A stretch of DNA of 64,000 nucleotides. It comes from Sumerlaeia bacterium. Its GTDB lineage: Bacteria > Sumerlaeota > Sumerlaeia > SLMS01 > JAHLLQ01. This document shows, one piece after another, positions 1 to 8,784 of the stretch (position 1 is its first letter; each line of letters begins with the position of its first letter). The position numbers and the translations under genes were made by a program. The notes under the pieces are model-generated. The model was given only the letters and a program-made list of their open reading frames with translations, did not search any database and was not told the origin of the DNA. Where the stretch lies: NCBI GenBank assembly GCA_040219255.1, contig JAVJSW010000037.1:188422-252421 (forward strand). The letters run 5' to 3'.

Positions 1-244
1 GGGCATCCGAGGGATCGCCGGTCAGCCAGATGCGGAAATCGCGATCCGTGGGCGGAGTCTCGGGCCGCGGACCGAAGTCCGGCGGTTCGCTCTCCAGGGG
101 GGCACCGTAAACCATGAAGCCGGTGAACGAGGCGCCAAACGTGGCGGGCCCGCCCATGAAGGCGGCGATCAGCAGCGTCAGGCTGAGTTGAGAAAGTACC
201 AGCGTTCGATTGAAAGTCACGGTTCGGAAATCCTTTGGAAGCAT
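1..244 (-). CDS. 5' part of a probable exported/membrane protein, running off the left edge
   Basis: Manual translation from ATG at 244 (alternative GTG at 220): MLPKDFRTVTFNRTLVLSQLSLTLLIAAFMGGPATFGASFTASWFTVPPWESEPPDFGPRPETPP..., open to the window edge, with a hydrophobic signal-like segment. Not in the ORF track because it is truncated. Confidence 0.5.
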   Translation of the reverse strand, partial: MLPKDFRTVTFNRTLVLSQLSLTLLIAAFMGGPATFGASFTGFMVYGAPLESEPPDFGPRPETPPTDRDFRIWLTGDPSDA

Positions 245-336
245 CGAAGATCTTCTGTCGATGCGCTCTCGCGCACCCAGAGTCGCTTCCGGGAGTACGG
301 CCCGCGAAGGGATTATTCAAGTGATAAAGTGAATGG

Positions 337-1446
337 CTAAAGGGATTTTTGCGGCCCTCTGGAAATCGCTTCCCGCGCCGCCTCGGTCACTTGGAGCGGC
401 TCGAGCGTCCGCAGGCAACGCAGGTTCTCCTCCGCCGCCAGGGGGCAAACCGTCTTCCAGCACGGGACGCAGGGAAGGTGCTCTTGCTGGATTATGGGCC
501 CCGCCGCCACCGGCCAGGGCCGGTTGCGATGGCCGTCCGACGCGCCGAAGATCGAAACCACCGGCACCCCTAGCAACCCCGCCAGGTGGGTCGGCCCGGT
601 GTCGCCGCCGAGGAACAGCCCGCAGATGGAAATCAGCACCGCCAGCTCGCGGACGCTTGTGCGGGGCGCCACGATGGGCGCGATCTCCAGCGCCCTCAAG
701 CGCTCCGCCACAGCGTCTCGCAAGGCTTCCTCGCCCGGGCCCCACAGAATCACCGGAGCGAACGCGCCGCCCTCGCAGATCGGCGCGGCGGCCTCGGCGA
801 AGTTCTCCGGTGGCCAGCGCTTGCTCGACCACCCGGCTCCCGGATTCAGCGCCAGCAGCGGCGTCGCGCCGTCCCAGCCCTCGGCTTTCAGCTTCTCGCC
901 GATGGCGCGCCGCTCTTCATCCAGAATGCCGAGCCGTCCCGCCGCCGCCATGTCGGGTTCGATGCCCAGCCCGCGCAGCAGCGACAGGTTGCGCTCGACC
1001 ACATGGCGGGCCGATGCGGGCGGGGAGACTTTTCGATTCGTGAAGAGTTTGTTGATTTCGCGGCCGTCCTTGTCGCCATAGCCGACGCGGACGCGGGCGC
1101 CGCTGGCCCAGGCCACCAGCCCGGACTTCGACAGGCCCTGCAAATCCACCGCCGCGTCCCAGCCGTCGGCCTTCACGGTGCGGAAGTAGGGCTGGATTTC
1201 GGATCGGAAGAGTCTGCGGAAGTCCTTCTTCCAACGCTTCTTTGGGATCACGTAAACCTTGTCCAGGTCCGGGTGGTGCTGGAGCAGGGGGGCGCTCAGT
1301 TCTTCCACGATCCAGCCAAGTCGCGCCTCAGGCAGGGCTTTCCGCAGCGCGGCGAGCACCGGCAGCGCATGGATCACATCGCCGATGGCCGAGAGACGGA
1401 CAATCAGGACAGAGCGCAGGGTCTTGGGATCGATGGGTTTGGGCAC
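337..1446 (-). CDS. Glycosyltransferase family 9, LPS heptosyltransferase (WaaC/WaaF-like)
   Basis: VLIVRLSAIGDVIHALP, DLQGLSKS, LNPGAGWSSKRWP and GGDTGPTHLA are GT9 motifs. Confidence 0.92.
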   Translation of the reverse strand: MPKPIDPKTLRSVLIVRLSAIGDVIHALPVLAALRKALPEARLGWIVEELSAPLLQHHPDLDKVYVIPKKRWKKDFRRLFRSEIQPYFRTVKADGWDAAVDLQGLSKSGLVAWASGARVRVGYGDKDGREINKLFTNRKVSPPASARHVVERNLSLLRGLGIEPDMAAAGRLGILDEERRAIGEKLKAEGWDGATPLLALNPGAGWSSKRWPPENFAEAAAPICEGGAFAPVILWGPGEEALRDAVAERLRALEIAPIVAPRTSVRELAVLISICGLFLGGDTGPTHLAGLLGVPVVSIFGASDGHRNRPWPVAAGPIIQQEHLPCVPCWKTVCPLAAEENLRCLRTLEPLQVTEAAREAISRGPQKSL

Positions 1447-1458
1447 GGACAGGGCCTT

Positions 1459-2331
1459 CTAGGGAGCGAGAAATTGAGCCCGCGAGAGGCAAGAGTAGAG
1501 ATCGAAGGCGGCGGCTTCCGATTCGACCCAGACGCGCTTTTCCGCGAGACGGGGCGAGCCGAGCGGACTCCGCGATGCGACCTCCAACGACTCGCGCAGG
1601 AGCGCGCGAGAATCCGTCAGCGGCTGGCTCGCCTGTCCGAAGCGATCGTAAACGCTCAAGTGAGGATAGAGCCGGCGGATCAGCCGAAGCAAGCGCCCAA
1701 AATCCTTCGGTCCGTCTTCTTCGACTTGCAGCGGGATGTGGCTCAGATCGCAGGAATCGCCCCGCAACCGGAACACGACCCGCTCGCCCAGGAGGGAGAA
1801 ATCCATCAGCCACTCGGTAGTCGCCGCCTGCGTTTCGCGCGTGACGTGCATGCCGCCGCCGAGGCTCTCTGGAGTCCGGCGTTCGGCCACTTCCCGAGCC
1901 GAGACGGCTCCAGCCACGAGGCAGAGAAACCCATCCGCCTCGATGCGCACTGGCTGGCGGTCCTTGGCTTTGAGCACCAACGTGTTGTGATGCAACTCCA
2001 GGGAATCCAGCGGATGGGGCGAGAATCCGAGCAACTCCTCCGCCTCGATCAGGAACAGCGGCGCGGATACCAACCGGCCCCAGGCCACCCAGCGCTGGGC
2101 TTCGCGGCGGTCGCCGAACCGGAAGAGCAGCCGGGGCGCCGGAGCCATGAGGCGCTGCCGGGCTTCGAAGGGATCGAGGGCGAAGCCTTTGGCGTAGGCG
2201 GCGACGTGCTCTTCCCTCGGCGGATGGAGCAGAACGCCCTGCGCCACGAACCACTCGCGGTCGCTCCGGCCGGTGGCGGGAACGGTTACGGGCCGGAGTG
2301 CCCGGGCGGCGTCATCGAGGGGATCGGTCAT
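1459..2331 (-). CDS. Hypothetical protein
   Basis: 290-aa ORF with protein-like composition, closely spaced in a minus-strand run; no family recognised. Confidence 0.7.
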   Translation of the reverse strand: MTDPLDDAARALRPVTVPATGRSDREWFVAQGVLLHPPREEHVAAYAKGFALDPFEARQRLMAPAPRLLFRFGDRREAQRWVAWGRLVSAPLFLIEAEELLGFSPHPLDSLELHHNTLVLKAKDRQPVRIEADGFLCLVAGAVSAREVAERRTPESLGGGMHVTRETQAATTEWLMDFSLLGERVVFRLRGDSCDLSHIPLQVEEDGPKDFGRLLRLIRRLYPHLSVYDRFGQASQPLTDSRALLRESLEVASRSPLGSPRLAEKRVWVESEAAAFDLYSCLSRAQFLAP

Positions 2332-2355
2332 GCGGGGCGGGCGGCGCGTTGGCGC

Positions 2356-3270
2356 TCACTTCTGCGGCAGCGTCATCACGTGCATCGTCTCGAACTGGCC
2401 GCCGATGCTACAGTTATTCACCAGCGTTCCCGTCAAATCGTAACCCGCCTTGTGGAAAATGCGCATGATGCCGACCTGGGTGGCGCGGGCGATGGTGTAG
2501 TAGCAGCGCGTGCCGAACTTCTCGGCGGCATCGCGCTCCAACGTCCGCAGCAGCCAATAGGCCAGGCCCTTGCCGCGTTCGCTGGGCAGCACGGCGAAAT
2601 CTGTCATTTCGCTGTTATGAAGCTCCGGCGACGTTTCCGCCGACGCCGCGCCGACCAGCTTGCCGTCGCCGTTGCGGATCAGGCGGTAGATGATGTGGCT
2701 CTTGGCGGTTTCCCTAAGGTATTCCGGATCGTCGATGGGAAAGGGGTAGGTGGCGAAGACGGTGCCGTAGAGGACGGCGAGGTCTTCCGCGTCGGCATCG
2801 GTGAAGAGGCTGGTCGTGTAGTCGGCGGGCAGGGGCTTCGGTTCGCCGCCGCGTCCGCCGGTGCGGGCCGTGTCGAGGAGGGCGCGCTGCTCCGCCTCGT
2901 GTTGCCATTGGCAGCGGAAATCGGTGAGGAATTGGGCCAGGATGTGCGCGTCTTCCTCGCCATGGAAGAACCCGGGGATGGTGGCTTCCTTGACGAAGCC
3001 GTTGGCGAGGAACGGTTCGGCCTCGCTGGCGCGGGCTTTGACCCAGATCTTGCCGTACTCGTTGCGCGCAGCCACCTGCTTGAGGGCGGCAAGCAACGCC
3101 GCAACGTCTGGTCCGGCGTAATCGAGCAGCTGGATGCGCCGGTTGATAGGGCTCAGGATCATCTCGGCGCGAAAGGCACCGGGCCGTTCCAGGGGGACTG
3201 TCACACCGTAGACGCTGGCGGCGGAGTCGGTGGTCCCGTCGGGCAGGACGACAGAAGCGGTCTGGGTCAT
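2356..3270 (-). CDS. ablB: Putative beta-lysine N-acetyltransferase (AblB/YodP-type GNAT)
   Basis: YGKIWVKA, EATIPGFFHGEED, FATYPFPIDDPEYL, ASAE, EMTDFAVLPSERGKGLA, YTIARA and GTLVNNCSIGG match the AblB/YodP pattern. Confidence 0.85.
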   Translation of the reverse strand: MTQTASVVLPDGTTDSAASVYGVTVPLERPGAFRAEMILSPINRRIQLLDYAGPDVAALLAALKQVAARNEYGKIWVKARASEAEPFLANGFVKEATIPGFFHGEEDAHILAQFLTDFRCQWQHEAEQRALLDTARTGGRGGEPKPLPADYTTSLFTDADAEDLAVLYGTVFATYPFPIDDPEYLRETAKSHIIYRLIRNGDGKLVGAASAETSPELHNSEMTDFAVLPSERGKGLAYWLLRTLERDAAEKFGTRCYYTIARATQVGIMRIFHKAGYDLTGTLVNNCSIGGQFETMHVMTLPQK

Positions 3271-3395
3271 TGGGGGCGGGGCCTTTCGAAAGGGTTCTGG
3301 CGGGTCCGTGTTTTCCTTGATCCGATGGCGGACCCGGGGTGAGATTGCTACCGGAAGCCAGCAGGACCATCCCCCTCCATCGAATCGAGCGAACT

Positions 3396-4523
3396 ATGTG
3401 GCGAATACTGATCGTGGACGATGAAGACGACGTTCGGATGATTATCCGCACGACGCTTCAAGGCGAGTACGAATGCCTGGAAGCCCACGATGGCCTCGAT
3501 GCGCTCGAGAAGCTCGCGCGCTATGAGCCCGATTTCGTGCTGATGGACGTGATGATGCCCCTGTTGGACGGCTTCGAGGCTTGTCACGCCATCCGCAAAA
3601 ATCCCAAGTACACCCACCTGCCGGTGATGTTCCTCACCGCGCTCGGCAGCCGCGACGACATGAAGAAGGGCTATGGCGCCGGAGCCAACCTTTATCTGAC
3701 CAAACCGTTCGAGCCTTCGCGCCTGAAGAAAAACATCGACGTCTTTTTTCAGACCACCCCGCCCCAGAAGCGCCTCAAGCGCTACACCCTGAAGCAAATC
3801 CAGGAATTCGAGAAAAACAAGACGGCCGGCGAAGCCCCCGGCGCCGAGGCCTTCGAGGAACAGCGCGATTCCCCCGTACCGCGCGCCGCCGCGCCCGAAT
3901 CGCCCGCCCCGCCGGCCCGGGCCCTGCCCCGCGCCATGGTGGTGGACGATGACCCGGATATCCTGGAACTGATCGGGCACTGCCTGGCCGGCGTGGCCGA
4001 AGTCGTCACCGCCAGCGATGGTCTGCAGGCCATCGAAAATCTGGTGAAGTACCAGCCCGACCTTCTGATCATCGACATCATGCTGCCGAAAATGAGCGGC
4101 TTCCAGCTCTGCCAGTCCCTGAGGCAGAACCGCAGTTTCGCCCGCCTGCCGATCATCATTTGCTCGGCCAAGAGCGCCGAACGCGACATGCGCATGGCCC
4201 AGCGCATGGGGGCCAACGCCTACCTCGCCAAGCCCTTCGCCCCGGAGGAACTGACCCGCAAAGTTCGCGCGGTTCAGGAGCTTCCCGATTTCCGCATCCG
4301 TCCCAAGACCTATACCATCGAACGCATCAACCAGATGGAGGGCAAAGACCAGGACGCCTTTGCCATGGATGACGAGGTCAAATCGATCGATCAGAGCAAG
4401 CGCGAGATCGATCAGTTCCTGAAGAAGGAAGGCAGCAAGAAGGGCACCGAGCGCGACGAACCCGAATCGCCGCCGGATGAGCCGAGCCGCAAGCGGCGCC
4501 TCTTCGGTTTCGGCAAGAAGTGA
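3396..4523 (+). CDS. Response regulator with two receiver domains and no recognisable output domain
   Basis: ILIVDDE..MDVMMP..FLTA..YLTKPF and MVVDDD..IDIMLP..ICSA..YLAKPF; ATG at 3396. Confidence 0.9.
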   Translation: MWRILIVDDEDDVRMIIRTTLQGEYECLEAHDGLDALEKLARYEPDFVLMDVMMPLLDGFEACHAIRKNPKYTHLPVMFLTALGSRDDMKKGYGAGANLYLTKPFEPSRLKKNIDVFFQTTPPQKRLKRYTLKQIQEFEKNKTAGEAPGAEAFEEQRDSPVPRAAAPESPAPPARALPRAMVVDDDPDILELIGHCLAGVAEVVTASDGLQAIENLVKYQPDLLIIDIMLPKMSGFQLCQSLRQNRSFARLPIIICSAKSAERDMRMAQRMGANAYLAKPFAPEELTRKVRAVQELPDFRIRPKTYTIERINQMEGKDQDAFAMDDEVKSIDQSKREIDQFLKKEGSKKGTERDEPESPPDEPSRKRRLFGFGKK

Positions 4524-5353
4524 CCGCGGCTCCGCGCCCGCCGCTCGCCACGCGCCTGGGCGATGGCGGCCGCGCGGTGCTCGATTGGTTTTTTCCGCCC
4601 GTCTGCGCGTGCTGCCATTTTCCGGTTCGCGCGCCCGATGGCCCGGGCCTGACGGACATTCTCTGCCGAGCCTGCCGCCGCGATATCCGCGTTGTCGAGG
4701 CTCCCCCCTGCGGCCAGTGCCAGCTCGGCGCCGATGCCTCCCTGCCGGAATGCGAGCGCTGCAAAGCCCTGCCCGCCAGCTTCGACAGCGCCACCAGCGC
4801 TTTTCCCTACGCCGGGGTCGTGGGCCAGATCATCCGCAACATGAAGTACCGACACGGCCCGCATCTCGCTTCGCCGCTGGCGCGGCTGACGGTCGCGGCG
4901 AACGGATCGGCGATCCAAAGGCTCCTCGGCGAGGAACGGGCCGAAGCCATCGTCCCCGTTCCCATGGCGCCCCTCCGGCGGCTGCGGCGCGGTTTCAATC
5001 AGGCGGAAGTCCTCGCCGCGGAATTGGGCGCGATCCTGCATTTGCCAGTGCTGGCCGACGCCATGACGCGCCAGCGCACACCGCCCCAGGCCCGCAAGTC
5101 CGGCCCGGAAGCCCGCCTCGCCAACGTCTCGGGCGCCTTTCGCGTGATCGATCCGATGGCGGTGGCGGAAAAACGGCTGATCCTTCTGGATGACGTGATG
5201 ACTACGGGAGCGACGGCCGCGTGCTGCGCCGGGGCGTTGAAGGACGCAGGCGCCGAAGCCGTCCACATCCTGACCGTCACCCGCGCCGGAGCGGGCGCCC
5301 TCACCCGGCTGCCGGACCCGCAGATGACGTTGCGGGATGAGCGCATGTCCTGA
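4520..5353 (+). CDS. comF: ComF family protein (zinc ribbon plus PRTase domain)
   Basis: Multiple CxxC pairs, VPVP..RRGFNQAE and LILLDDVMTTGAT; GTGA overlap with the upstream stop. Confidence 0.9.
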   Translation: MTAAPRPPLATRLGDGGRAVLDWFFPPVCACCHFPVRAPDGPGLTDILCRACRRDIRVVEAPPCGQCQLGADASLPECERCKALPASFDSATSAFPYAGVVGQIIRNMKYRHGPHLASPLARLTVAANGSAIQRLLGEERAEAIVPVPMAPLRRLRRGFNQAEVLAAELGAILHLPVLADAMTRQRTPPQARKSGPEARLANVSGAFRVIDPMAVAEKRLILLDDVMTTGATAACCAGALKDAGAEAVHILTVTRAGAGALTRLPDPQMTLRDERMS

Positions 5354-5383
5354 TATCCTGTGGCTGCTTGAGTAGAATGAAAT

Positions 5384-5563
5384 ATCACCACCGAGCCACA
5401 GAGGACACAGAGCTCTATCTTTCCGGAACTTCTCGATCAGCCACGGAAATGTTTGCTATGATTTGATTCGTTGCCCATACTATTCAGTGGCTCAAGCCTC
5501 AGAACAAGAGAAGGACGCCCCCCAATACTCTACCCTCGGTGTCCTCTGTGGCTCGGTGGTGAT
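5384..5563. repeat. Inverted-repeat-bounded intergenic element (CACAGAG-heptad family), copy 1
   Basis: Left arm 5384-5412 ATCACCACCGAGCCACAGAGGACACAGAG; right arm 5535-5563 is its reverse complement at 28/29; core of about 122 bp with lower GC. Confidence 0.9.
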
Positions 5564-5587
5564 TTTAATAAGTCATCTGTACTTGCT

Positions 5588-7078
5588 CTATTCTTCGACC
5601 GTTGGCCGCACCACCGCCTTCGTCGCCTCGTACAACTCCTCGTATTTGCTGACCGTGCCGCGCCAGGAGAAGTCCTGGCGCATGGCGTTTTCGCGCAGTT
5701 TGAGCCAGGTTTTTTCCGGGCCGCGATAGCGCTGCAGCGCTTCGTCGCAGGCGAGGGCGAGGGCTTGCTCGTGATAGCGCTCGAACAGAAAGCCAGTGCC
5801 CGAGCCATCGGCGATGGTTTCGTCGTCGGCGTGGACGACCGAGTCCGCCAGGCCGCCCGTGGCGCGCACGATGGGAATCGTGCCGTAGCGCATGGCGTAG
5901 AGTTGCGTCAGGCCACTGGGCTCGTAGCGCGAGGGGACCATGAAAAAGTCCGATCCTGCCTGGATCAGATGGGCCAGCTCTTCGTTGTAGGTGATCTTTG
6001 CACTGAAACGGTCCGGATATTTCTCCTGGGCCTTGCGGAAGAAGTCTTCGATTTCTGCGTCGCCGGTGCCTAGCAGCACCACGCGGAAGCCCATCGTCAT
6101 CAGCGCCGGGAGGGCCTTCGCCACGATGTCGAAGCCCTTGGCCGTGACCAGCCGCGAAACCATGCCGATGATCGGTTTGCCGTCGTCTTCCATGTTGAAG
6201 GCTTCCAGGAGCGCCTGGCGGCTTTCTTCTTTGCCCTGAATGTCCTCGGCGGTATAGGGAACTGGCAAGAGCGGGTCGGTGGCCGGATTCCAGACCGTGT
6301 CGTCGATGCCGTTGAGGATGCCGTGCAGGTCGGCGGCGCGCTCCTGCAAGACGCCTTGCATGCCGGAGCCGTACTCTTCGGTCTGGATTTCCTTGGCGTA
6401 AGTGGGCGAGACGGTGCTGATTTTATCGGCGAAGACGAGCCCGCATTTGAGCGTGCTGACTTTGCCGTAGTATTCCGCCCCGTGGTCGCTGAACAGGGTT
6501 CCGGGCAACCCGGTCTTGAACAGGACGTCGGGCGTGAAGAGGCCCTGGTAGGCGAGGTTGTGAATGGTGAACAGGGTTCGGATGGATTGATAAAATTCCA
6601 TCTGGGCCATCAACGGATGATGCTTGATCAGGGGCGCGATGAGGCCCGACTGCCAGTCGTTCAAGTGAATGACGTCCGGCTTCCAATCCAGGCCCTTTAG
6701 GGTCCAAAGACTGGCGACACAGAAGAAAGCGAAGCGCTCGCCGTTGTCCGGATAGTCGCGGTTGTTCTCGCCGTAGAGGCCCGGGCGGTCGAAGAACTCG
6801 TCCTGGTGGACGAAATAGACGGGGACTTCGACGTCGCAGGGATAGCTGCATCGCATCACCGAGCCGATAAAGCGGCGCCCGCCGTACTCGACCACCATTT
6901 CGGGCAGCAGGGGCAAGAGGCGCCACCTCCACTGATCGATGGATTGGTAGAGGGGGATGATGAGGCGGACGTCATGGCCCGCTTCGGCCAGGGCCTGGGG
7001 CAGCGCGCCCGCCACATCGGCCAGACCGCCGGTCTTGGCGAAGGGGCTGGCTTCGGAGGCGACAAAGAGAATACGCAC
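5588..7078 (-). CDS. glgA: Glycogen synthase
   Basis: SEASPFAKTGGLADV, IHLNDWQ, FTIHNLAYQG and PSRYEPSGLTQLYAMRYGT. Confidence 0.96.
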   Translation of the reverse strand: MRILFVASEASPFAKTGGLADVAGALPQALAEAGHDVRLIIPLYQSIDQWRWRLLPLLPEMVVEYGGRRFIGSVMRCSYPCDVEVPVYFVHQDEFFDRPGLYGENNRDYPDNGERFAFFCVASLWTLKGLDWKPDVIHLNDWQSGLIAPLIKHHPLMAQMEFYQSIRTLFTIHNLAYQGLFTPDVLFKTGLPGTLFSDHGAEYYGKVSTLKCGLVFADKISTVSPTYAKEIQTEEYGSGMQGVLQERAADLHGILNGIDDTVWNPATDPLLPVPYTAEDIQGKEESRQALLEAFNMEDDGKPIIGMVSRLVTAKGFDIVAKALPALMTMGFRVVLLGTGDAEIEDFFRKAQEKYPDRFSAKITYNEELAHLIQAGSDFFMVPSRYEPSGLTQLYAMRYGTIPIVRATGGLADSVVHADDETIADGSGTGFLFERYHEQALALACDEALQRYRGPEKTWLKLRENAMRQDFSWRGTVSKYEELYEATKAVVRPTVEE

Positions 7079-7093
7079 GAGTTTAGGGAATCC

Positions 7094-7855
7094 TTAGCAA
7101 GAGCAGTCGGGGCGGGAGCCCAGGTGAACCATCGCAAAAGCCATGGCGGCCATCGCCGCCGTCTCCGCCCTCAGAATCGCCGGCCCCAAATTCACGGCCA
7201 GCGCCTCCTCCTCCAGCAGTCGCGCTTCGTCGTCTGTCCAGCCGCCTTCCGGTCCCACAAAGAAGATACAGGAACGGCCCGCCAGCGAATCCGGCAATCG
7301 CTCCATGGATAGCGTCTGCGCCGAACGCTCCAAGAGGGCAACCGGGATCAGTCCCAGCCGCTTGCAATTTTCCAACATTGTCTTGACGGGCGCGGGGGGC
7401 ACGATTTCGGGCAGCCAGAGCCGCTCGCATTGCTTCAGGCTCTCGCGCGCCAGGCCCTGCCAGCGCCCCAGCCGCGCCGGGAGCTTCTTCTCCGGAATCG
7501 AAACAACGCTCCGCTCCGCTTCCACCGGCCAGAAGTACGAGGCGCCCAGCTCGATCGAGCGCGGGATCAGTTCCTCGAACACCCCCATCGGCAGCAGCGA
7601 CGGTGCGAGTCCGAAGCGAACGGCCGGCGGGGCTTCCGTCACGCCGTTGCCGGGCAGTTCCACCACTGCCTCTCTCTTCTCCACGCGGGCGAGAACTCCT
7701 TTGCGCAGCGCGCCCCGCCCGTTGACGACCGCGACCGGTTGGCCTTCGGCGGCGCGGCGCACACGGGTCAGGTGATGGCTTTCTTCCTCATTGAGAGTGA
7801 TCGTCGCGGCGCCGTCCGGCAGCGGGCCGTCGTAAAAAACGCGGTAGGTGCGCAT
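7094..7855 (-). CDS. rsmE: 16S rRNA m3U1498 methyltransferase
   Basis: HHLTRVRR, ELGA, KQCER and VGPEGGW..LGPAILRAETAA; start taken at MRTYRVF (7855). Confidence 0.93.
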   Translation of the reverse strand: MRTYRVFYDGPLPDGAATITLNEEESHHLTRVRRAAEGQPVAVVNGRGALRKGVLARVEKREAVVELPGNGVTEAPPAVRFGLAPSLLPMGVFEELIPRSIELGASYFWPVEAERSVVSIPEKKLPARLGRWQGLARESLKQCERLWLPEIVPPAPVKTMLENCKRLGLIPVALLERSAQTLSMERLPDSLAGRSCIFFVGPEGGWTDDEARLLEEEALAVNLGPAILRAETAAMAAMAFAMVHLGSRPDCSC

Positions 7856-7860
7856 AGGGC

Positions 7861-8784
7861 TCAGGTCAATTCGAGGTCGTACCAGGCGGTGATTTTCCGT
7901 CCCCACTTGGCGGAGGCGGCCTCGGCGGCGGCGAGGCCGGTCCCGGCTTCGCGCCCCAAAAACAAGGCGCACAGGTTCGAGGGCCAGGTGGAGAGGCTTT
8001 GGCGCAGGCACACATCACCGACGCCCGCGCACCGGGCCAGGGCGGCGGCGGCCTTCGGCGCGTCCTCGGCGGTCAGGGTCCAGCAGGCCAACCCCGTCCC
8101 CCGCCAGCCCAGCCGCGCCAGCACCGGCCGCAGAGCCAGGCGCCGGGCGCGCTTCGCCACGATGTTTTCCATCACGCCCCGGCGCGCGCGGTCCGGCGAC
8201 AGGTCCGTTCGCGCCGCCACCGCCGCCCACGGGTCCTCGCCCGCAGGCAGCGCCAAAGGGGCTGCCAGCTCCTTCCAGATCGCTTGGTGGTCTTCGGTGA
8301 AATCGGGATCTTCCGGCGGCTGGCCCTCGACGCTCATCGAGCGATCCTGGGCCGCCGCCAGCAGATTCTCCCCCTCAGGCAGCGTCAGGTCCGGCAGGAA
8401 GCCCGCCTTGAACCATTGCACCGACCGGACTTCGGTGCCGTCGAAGCCTTGCGCCTCTTCCGGTTCCGAGAGCCACAGGCGCGATGCCAAGTGCCTGCCG
8501 CCGCTCGCTCCCCGCCATCGCAGCGCCCCGTCGGGAGGTGGGGGAGCGGCGGAAGCTGCCAGACGTTCCAGACAAAACGGATAAACCGGATTGGGTTCGA
8601 GCCAAAGCCCATCGATCAGGCCTTCGTCGAGGAGCACCGAGTAGGCCGCTTCCAGTTCGCCCCGCGACAGACCGAGCCCCTCGGCCAAATCGTCCCATGG
8701 CGAATCGGTTACCGGAAACGCCACCTGGGCCGACCGCAAAAGCCTGAGGCAATGGGGGTTGTCTGTCAGCAGGGGGTGGATCAT
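7861..8784 (-). CDS. Divergent AhbA/AhbB (NirDL/NirGH, siroheme decarboxylase/Lrp-fold) fusion-like protein
   Basis: Two repeats of the family pattern: FPVTDSPWDDLAEGLGLS..L..EGLI and PWAAVAARTDLS..RR....ARLGW..GLACW....WPSNLCALFLGR. ATG at 8784 overlaps the sixA stop (TGATG). Confidence 0.6.
   Translation of the reverse strand: MIHPLLTDNPHCLRLLRSAQVAFPVTDSPWDDLAEGLGLSRGELEAAYSVLLDEGLIDGLWLEPNPVYPFCLERLAASAAPPPPDGALRWRGASGGRHLASRLWLSEPEEAQGFDGTEVRSVQWFKAGFLPDLTLPEGENLLAAAQDRSMSVEGQPPEDPDFTEDHQAIWKELAAPLALPAGEDPWAAVAARTDLSPDRARRGVMENIVAKRARRLALRPVLARLGWRGTGLACWTLTAEDAPKAAAALARCAGVGDVCLRQSLSTWPSNLCALFLGREAGTGLAAAEAASAKWGRKITAWYDLELT

Noticed and set aside
586-3342. 918-aa plus-strand ORF spanning three minus-strand genes
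   Set aside because: The three real genes share a frame register, leaving the antisense frame open; the translation is Arg/Gly/Ala-rich with no domain.
5384-5563. CRISPR or attC interpretation of the CACAGAG elements, and resemblance to the RAG/Transib heptamer CACAGTG
   Set aside because: The arms are inverted pairs rather than direct-repeat arrays; no cas or integrase gene; no attC R-box ends recognised; a 6/7 heptamer match without a nonamer is not evidence.
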